NCBI GenBank assembly: GCA_965215185.1
Contig: OZ244034.1
Coordinates: 2,080,001 to 2,144,000, forward strand
Length of the DNA stretch: 64,000 nt
Direction: 5' to 3'
Origin: Acidimicrobiia bacterium
GTDB taxonomy: Bacteria; Actinomycetota; Acidimicrobiia; Spongiisociales; ZC4RG35
Numbering within the stretch: the stretch's first letter is position 1; every line of letters starts with the position of its first letter. A model generated the notes under the pieces. That model was not told the DNA's origin. It saw nothing but the letters and a program-made list of their open reading frames with translations, and did no database searches. A program made the translations under genes and the position numbers. Positions 59,216 through 64,000 of this stretch are shown piece by piece.

Positions 59216-60760
59216 ATGACTACTCAAACCGAAAACGGCCAGCTTCTCACCAAAACGGTGCAGGACCTGCAAAAAATCGCCAAAGCGATAGGCATCGACT
59301 CCGGCGGGATGGGCAAGGAACAATTGATTAGCGCAATAGAAGGACCCCGCGGCAACCCTGATCCGGACCGCTCCGAAGCCACGCCCCCAGCGCGGGGCGG
59401 ACGCCAGCAGGCGCCTCCCGCGCCAGTGCCCCCCTCTCCCGCGCCGAAAAGGACAACCGGAGGCCACACCCGGGACACGGACACAGAGAGGCCATCGGAA
59501 AACTCCCAACCCAATTTCGAATTCCGCGCCAACGCACCGCCGAGTTCTTCTGCCCATGGTGACAATCGACGGCGACGCGGACGGGGACGCCGGCAACCGT
59601 CCCCCTCCAACATCCCCGAAGGCGACCTGGAGAATAGGGAGGGTCTGTTGGACATCCTCCCCGAGGGCTACGGGTTCCTGCGGGTATCAGGCTACGGTCC
59701 CGGGGAAAAGGACGTCTATGTCTCCGCCGGCCTGATCCGCCGCCTGCAGCTTCGCAAGGGGGACCTGGTGGGAGGACCGGTCAGACCTCCCCGCCCACAG
59801 GAGAAGTACCCGGGCATAGTAAGGGTGGAGCACGTCAACAAGGTCGACCCCGGAGAAGCGATGCGTCGGCCGAAGTTCGATAGGCTGACACCGCTTTTTC
59901 CCGATCAGCGGCTGCGCTTGGAGTTGCAGGGGATGCCGAACCGCACCTTGGCCCGACTCATCGATCTCATTTCTCCCATCGGCAAGGGACAGAGAGGATT
60001 GATTGTCTCTCCGCCCAAGGCAGGAAAAACCACAGTTCTCAAAGAGATCGCCCAGTCGATCACCGTCAACAATCCTGAATGCCATCTAATGGTGGTGCTG
60101 GTGGACGAACGACCCGAAGAGGTAACCGACATGCAAAGGTCGGTGAAGGGAGACGTGGTCTATTCCACCTTCGACCGACCCGCCGACCAGCACACTCAAA
60201 TCGCTGATCTGGCTCTGGAACGAGCCAAGCGGATGGTGGAAACTGGAATGGACGTCGTGATCCTGCTTGACTCCATTACCCGACTGGCACGCGCCCACAA
60301 CCTGGCCGCCCCCGCCTCGGGACGGATGCTGTCGGGAGGAATCGACGCTACAGCCCTCTATCCTCCCAAGCGGTTCTTTGGAGCAGCCCGCAACATTGAG
60401 GAAGGCGGCAGTCTGACCATTTTGGGCACCGCCCTGGTGGAAACCCGCTCCAAGATGGACGAGGTCATCTTCGAAGAGTTCAAGGGCACGGGCAATATGG
60501 AGTTGCGATTGGACCGCAAGCTGGCGGACAAGCGGATCTACCCGGCGGTGGACATCGAACTTTCGGGAACCCGTCGTGAAGAGCTACTGTTCACGGTCGA
60601 CGAGTTGCCCCTAGTCTGGAAGCTTCGACGGGTCCTCCTGTCGCTGGATCCTAGCGCCGCAATCGAGTTATTGATAGATAAACTTAAAAGTTCCCCGTCC
60701 AACAGAACGTTCCTGGCCGAGGTGGCCAGAAACACCGGAGATCGAGTCAGATCGATATGA
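59216..60760 (+). CDS. rho: Transcription termination factor Rho
   Basis: [55 protein letters not shown]; low-complexity N-terminal insertion. Confidence 0.98.
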   Translation: MTTQTENGQLLTKTVQDLQKIAKAIGIDSGGMGKEQLISAIEGPRGNPDPDRSEATPPARGGRQQAPPAPVPPSPAPKRTTGGHTRDTDTERPSENSQPNFEFRANAPPSSSAHGDNRRRRGRGRRQPSPSNIPEGDLENREGLLDILPEGYGFLRVSGYGPGEKDVYVSAGLIRRLQLRKGDLVGGPVRPPRPQEKYPGIVRVEHVNKVDPGEAMRRPKFDRLTPLFPDQRLRLELQGMPNRTLARLIDLISPIGKGQRGLIVSPPKAGKTTVLKEIAQSITVNNPECHLMVVLVDERPEEVTDMQRSVKGDVVYSTFDRPADQHTQIADLALERAKRMVETGMDVVILLDSITRLARAHNLAAPASGRMLSGGIDATALYPPKRFFGAARNIEEGGSLTILGTALVETRSKMDEVIFEEFKGTGNMELRLDRKLADKRIYPAVDIELSGTRREELLFTVDELPLVWKLRRVLLSLDPSAAIELLIDKLKSSPSNRTFLAEVARNTGDRVRSI

Positions 60761-61023
60761 AAACACAGATACATCCCCAATACGAGCTCACCACTGTTAC
60801 CTGTTCCTGCAGTGCCAAATTCGTCACCAGAACCACCCGGCCCCCGGCCATGACGGTGGAACTGTGTAATGAATGCCACCCCTTCTACACCGGTGAACAG
60901 CGACTGGTCGACACCGGCGGAAGGGTTGAGCACTTTCAAAGACGCTACGGGAAGGCCGCCGAAGTGCGTTCGAAGCGGTATCACAAGAAGACCGCGGCCC
61001 CCACCCAGACGTCCGACCTGTAA
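60757..61023 (+). CDS. rpmE: 50S ribosomal protein L31 (zinc-binding type)
   Basis: IHPQY, CSC, CNECHPFYTG, DTGGRVE.F. Confidence 0.97.
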   Translation: MKTQIHPQYELTTVTCSCSAKFVTRTTRPPAMTVELCNECHPFYTGEQRLVDTGGRVEHFQRRYGKAAEVRSKRYHKKTAAPTQTSDL

Positions 61024-61126
61024 GCCTGGCGCTGCGAGGTCCTAGCTGCCGGTCGCCGGAGGTCTATCCCCGGAATCACACACCGAGTCGGCTATCCCCG
61101 TCCCCGCTTCGTCGGCTCTGCTCGCC

Positions 61127-62101
61127 ATGAACGCCCAACCCAAACCTGAGACGCCGTCCGACTCCGACCCGTTGGCGGTGGGCGGACAGGCCCTGATCGA
61201 AGGAGTCATGATGCGGGCGCCGGAGGCCTGGGCGGTGGCGGCTCGACGCATGGACGGATCAATAGTGGCGGAGAGACGGGCCCTTCCCCGTCTCTCCACC
61301 CGGATCTGGGCCGCCAGGGTGCCCTTCCTGAGAGGCATCTTGGTGCTGGTCGAATCCCTCAATCTGGGATTTCGATCTCTGGCATGGTCGGCGGAGGTCG
61401 CAACCCAGGAACCTGGCGAAGACCCCGAGGGTCCCTCCGAATCACTGGGATGGAAGCTCTGGCTGTGGATGGCGTTGGCCATGAGCTTTTTCATCGCTTT
61501 CTTCATGGTGGTGCCGGCCACCGTCGCCCGCTGGACCGCCGGCGAATCCGGCCTGCTCTTCGGGTTCTTGGAAGCCCTGATCCGCTTGGGACTGTTCATC
61601 GGCTATATATGGGGTATTGGACGTATGTCGGACATCAAGCGAGTGTTCGCCTATCACGGAGCGGAGCACATGACCATCCACGCCTACGAACACGAGGAGT
61701 CCCTTTCCCTCGAATCCATCGCCAAGTATCCACCCGAGCATCCCCGGTGCGGAACCAACTTCCTCTTGATAGTGGTGATCCTCTCGATTGTCGCCTTCGC
61801 CCTGGTGGGCAATCCGGGTTGGCTGATCCTGATTTTGAGCAGGGTGGTCTTCATCCCCATCATCGCCGCCATCGCCTACGAGCTTCTCAAGTTCGCCAGC
61901 AAACGCCAGTCACAGACCCTGGGCAAATGGCTGGCCGCTCCCGGAATATTGCTGCAGAGGCTCACCACCCATCAGCCCACCTCCGATCAGATCGAAGTGG
62001 CGATGACCAGCTTGCTATCCGCAGTGGAGGCTCGAGAATCGGACCGATTGCTAGCAACAGGAACCATCCCCCCTTCGGTGGCGAAGGCGATCGCCCGATG
62101 A
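61127..62101 (+). CDS. DUF1385 domain membrane protein
   Basis: GGQALIEGVMMR, YHGAEH, HPRCGTNF, QRLTT. Confidence 0.93.
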   Translation: MNAQPKPETPSDSDPLAVGGQALIEGVMMRAPEAWAVAARRMDGSIVAERRALPRLSTRIWAARVPFLRGILVLVESLNLGFRSLAWSAEVATQEPGEDPEGPSESLGWKLWLWMALAMSFFIAFFMVVPATVARWTAGESGLLFGFLEALIRLGLFIGYIWGIGRMSDIKRVFAYHGAEHMTIHAYEHEESLSLESIAKYPPEHPRCGTNFLLIVVILSIVAFALVGNPGWLILILSRVVFIPIIAAIAYELLKFASKRQSQTLGKWLAAPGILLQRLTTHQPTSDQIEVAMTSLLSAVEARESDRLLATGTIPPSVAKAIAR

Positions 62102-63195
62102 CCGCTGAGGTGTGGCGAGATCGTATCCCGGAACTGGAGCGGCAGTTGGTGGAGGTGGAGGAGACAATGGCTTCCCCGGAGGTCCTCTCCGATCACCGGC
62201 GGATGGCCGACGTGGGTCGACGGCGGGCCGAGCTTTGGCCGATCGTCAAGACCGCCCGCGCCTGGCAAGCCGCCCAGGAGGATGCCAGCGAGGCCGAGGA
62301 TATGGCAAAATCCGACCCAAGTCTGCGCGCCGAGCTATTGGAGTGGGCCGAAGAGAGACGCAGCGAAGCCGCTCGATTGGAAGTGGAGTTGCAGACGCTG
62401 ATGGTCCCGCCCGATCCTGACGACCATCGGGATGTGATCATGGAGATCAGGGCGGCCGCCGGAGGCGACGAGGCAGCAATCTGGGCCGGGGACCTGCTCC
62501 GCATGTATCAGAAGTTCGCCGACCGTCGTGGTCTGCGCACCGAGGAAATGGATGTCTCTGCATCCGGGGTGGGCGGATACAGCAAGGTGTCCTTCGCGGT
62601 GAAAGGTCGAGGGGCGTATGGAATGCTGAGGTACGAGGGTGGGGTGCATCGGGTGCAAAGGGTGCCGAAGACGGAGTCACAGGGCAGAATCCATACTTCC
62701 ACCGCCACCGTGGCAGTGCTGGCAGAAGCCGACGAGGTAGAGGTGGAAGTCAGCCCCGACGAAGTGCGAGTGGACGTTTTCCGCTCCTCCGGCCCAGGAG
62801 GACAGTCGGTCAACACCACCGACTCGGCAGTACGCATAACCCATCTGCCCACCGGGCTGGTGGTTAGTTGCCAGGACCAAAAGAGCCAGTTCCAAAACAA
62901 GGAGAAAGCGTTCCGGGTGCTGCGAGCCCGACTGTACCAGGTGGAGATGGAGAGGCGACACAAGGGTATAGCCGGCCAGCGACGGTCCCAGGTGGGCGGA
63001 GGGGACCGGTCCGAGAAGATCCGTACCTACAACTTCCGTGACAACCGGGTGACCGATCATCGGATCGGACTCACCCTCAAATCGCTCGACCGGGTGCTGG
63101 AGGGAGAAATCGACCGGTTAACCAACGAGTTGGCCGCCCGAGATCGCTCCGAAAAGCTGGTCTTGTCAATGGCTGGACCTCCCCATCCCAATTGA
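62098..63195 (+). CDS. prfA: Peptide chain release factor 1
   Basis: GGDEA, GVHRVQRVPKTE, RSSGPGGQSVN, RSEKIRTYN; ATG overlaps the DUF1385 stop. Confidence 0.97.
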   Translation: MTAEVWRDRIPELERQLVEVEETMASPEVLSDHRRMADVGRRRAELWPIVKTARAWQAAQEDASEAEDMAKSDPSLRAELLEWAEERRSEAARLEVELQTLMVPPDPDDHRDVIMEIRAAAGGDEAAIWAGDLLRMYQKFADRRGLRTEEMDVSASGVGGYSKVSFAVKGRGAYGMLRYEGGVHRVQRVPKTESQGRIHTSTATVAVLAEADEVEVEVSPDEVRVDVFRSSGPGGQSVNTTDSAVRITHLPTGLVVSCQDQKSQFQNKEKAFRVLRARLYQVEMERRHKGIAGQRRSQVGGGDRSEKIRTYNFRDNRVTDHRIGLTLKSLDRVLEGEIDRLTNELAARDRSEKLVLSMAGPPHPN

Positions 63196-63214
63196 CCCCA
63201 GCCCGGCGGCCCAG

Positions 63215-64000
63215 ATGACTCACGTCGCCGATACCCCACTGCAAATATGCCGACGCAGTCGACTCCCCTACCACGAGGTGGAGAGGTTGATCGCCACCCT
63301 CACCCAGGACGCCATCCATCCCGGCCTGCCACTGCCTCCCGAGGTCGCAGCCCGAACCGAGAGGCTGATAAGAAAACGCCAAACCGGAGTCCCTCTTCAA
63401 TACCTGGAGGGACATGTCGATTTTGGCCCGCTGAAGCTGGCCGTGGATCGAAGGGCGCTGATTCCCCGACCCGAAACCGAACAGCTATGGGAATTGGCTG
63501 TCAAGACCGTCCGAGCAGACCCGCCAGCGGTGATAGTGGATCTCGGCACCGGCTCGGGCGCACTGGCTCTGGCGCTGAGCCGCTCCTTTCCGCAAGCACG
63601 GGTGGTGGCCACCGACATCTGCCCCCAGGCCATGGAGTTGGCCCGCCACAATATCGGAACGATCCCGTGGGCGCGGGACCGGATAGAGTTACGGGAAGGT
63701 GACCTCTTCGAGGCGCTTGCGGCCTCCCTGCGGGGCAAGGTGGACCTGTTGGTCTCCAATCCGCCCTACGTCGCGGAGAAAGAGTGGCCCCTTCTCCCCA
63801 TCGATGTGCGGGCCGAACCCTACCGGGCGTTGGTGGCCGGACCCCGTGGCACCGAAGTGCTGGAAAGGCTGGCAACCGAGGTCGAGCCCTGGTTGAGTCC
63901 CGCCGGTGCCGCAATTATCGAGATCGGGGAAACCCAAGCCGCAACCGTCACTGGTGCTTTTCGGTCACATGGCATGGATGCCGAAGTCCATCGCGATTTG
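63215..64000 (+). CDS. prmC: Release factor glutamine methyltransferase, truncated by window edge
   Basis: Manual translation: GVPLQYL, ALIPRPETE, DLGTGSG, SNPPY, EIGETQ. Confidence 0.95.
   Translation, partial: MTHVADTPLQICRRSRLPYHEVERLIATLTQDAIHPGLPLPPEVAARTERLIRKRQTGVPLQYLEGHVDFGPLKLAVDRRALIPRPETEQLWELAVKTVRADPPAVIVDLGTGSGALALALSRSFPQARVVATDICPQAMELARHNIGTIPWARDRIELREGDLFEALAASLRGKVDLLVSNPPYVAEKEWPLLPIDVRAEPYRALVAGPRGTEVLERLATEVEPWLSPAGAAIIEIGETQAATVTGAFRSHGMDAEVHRDL

Noticed and set aside
61384-62097. 603-aa PrfA with a long N-terminal extension
   Set aside because: Alternate frame inside DUF1385; ATG 62098 is coupled to the upstream stop and gives a normal RF1 size

Overview
GC-rich bacterial chromosome segment. 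Gene content and order (rho-rpmE-DUF1385-prfA-prmC, F420-type PPOX protein, Tat-lipoprotein with PATTAA repeats) point to Actinomycetota, probably Acidimicrobiia; this is an inference. The left ~36 kb is accessory. It holds a type II Wadjet-like locus with no SMC gene between jetB and jetD, an IS1595 scar, a betaine/dimethylglycine/sarcosine demethylation cluster, scattered catabolic and ABC-transport genes, a Ni/Co ECF transporter facing a pseudogenised Fur/Nur regulator, a secreted metalloprotease, a Rad50/RloC-like zinc-hook ATPase coupled to a small HEPN-like protein (best candidate for an undescribed defence system), a DUF433/PIN toxin-antitoxin pair with a frameshifted toxin, and a DM13 gene whose decayed tandem copy shares a possible ACG start codon. 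The right part holds a stand-alone nuoHIJKLMN block divergent from fhs, and a selenocysteine formate dehydrogenase (in-frame UGA plus SECIS-like hairpin) with NuoEF-like and Fe-S partners; fhs and fdh share an AT-rich palindrome upstream. It ends with a Zur-boxed Zn ABC locus, Ku, lysA/hom/thrC and core translation genes. No rRNA, tRNA or CRISPR array was seen. All family calls come from motif recognition by eye; no searches were run.
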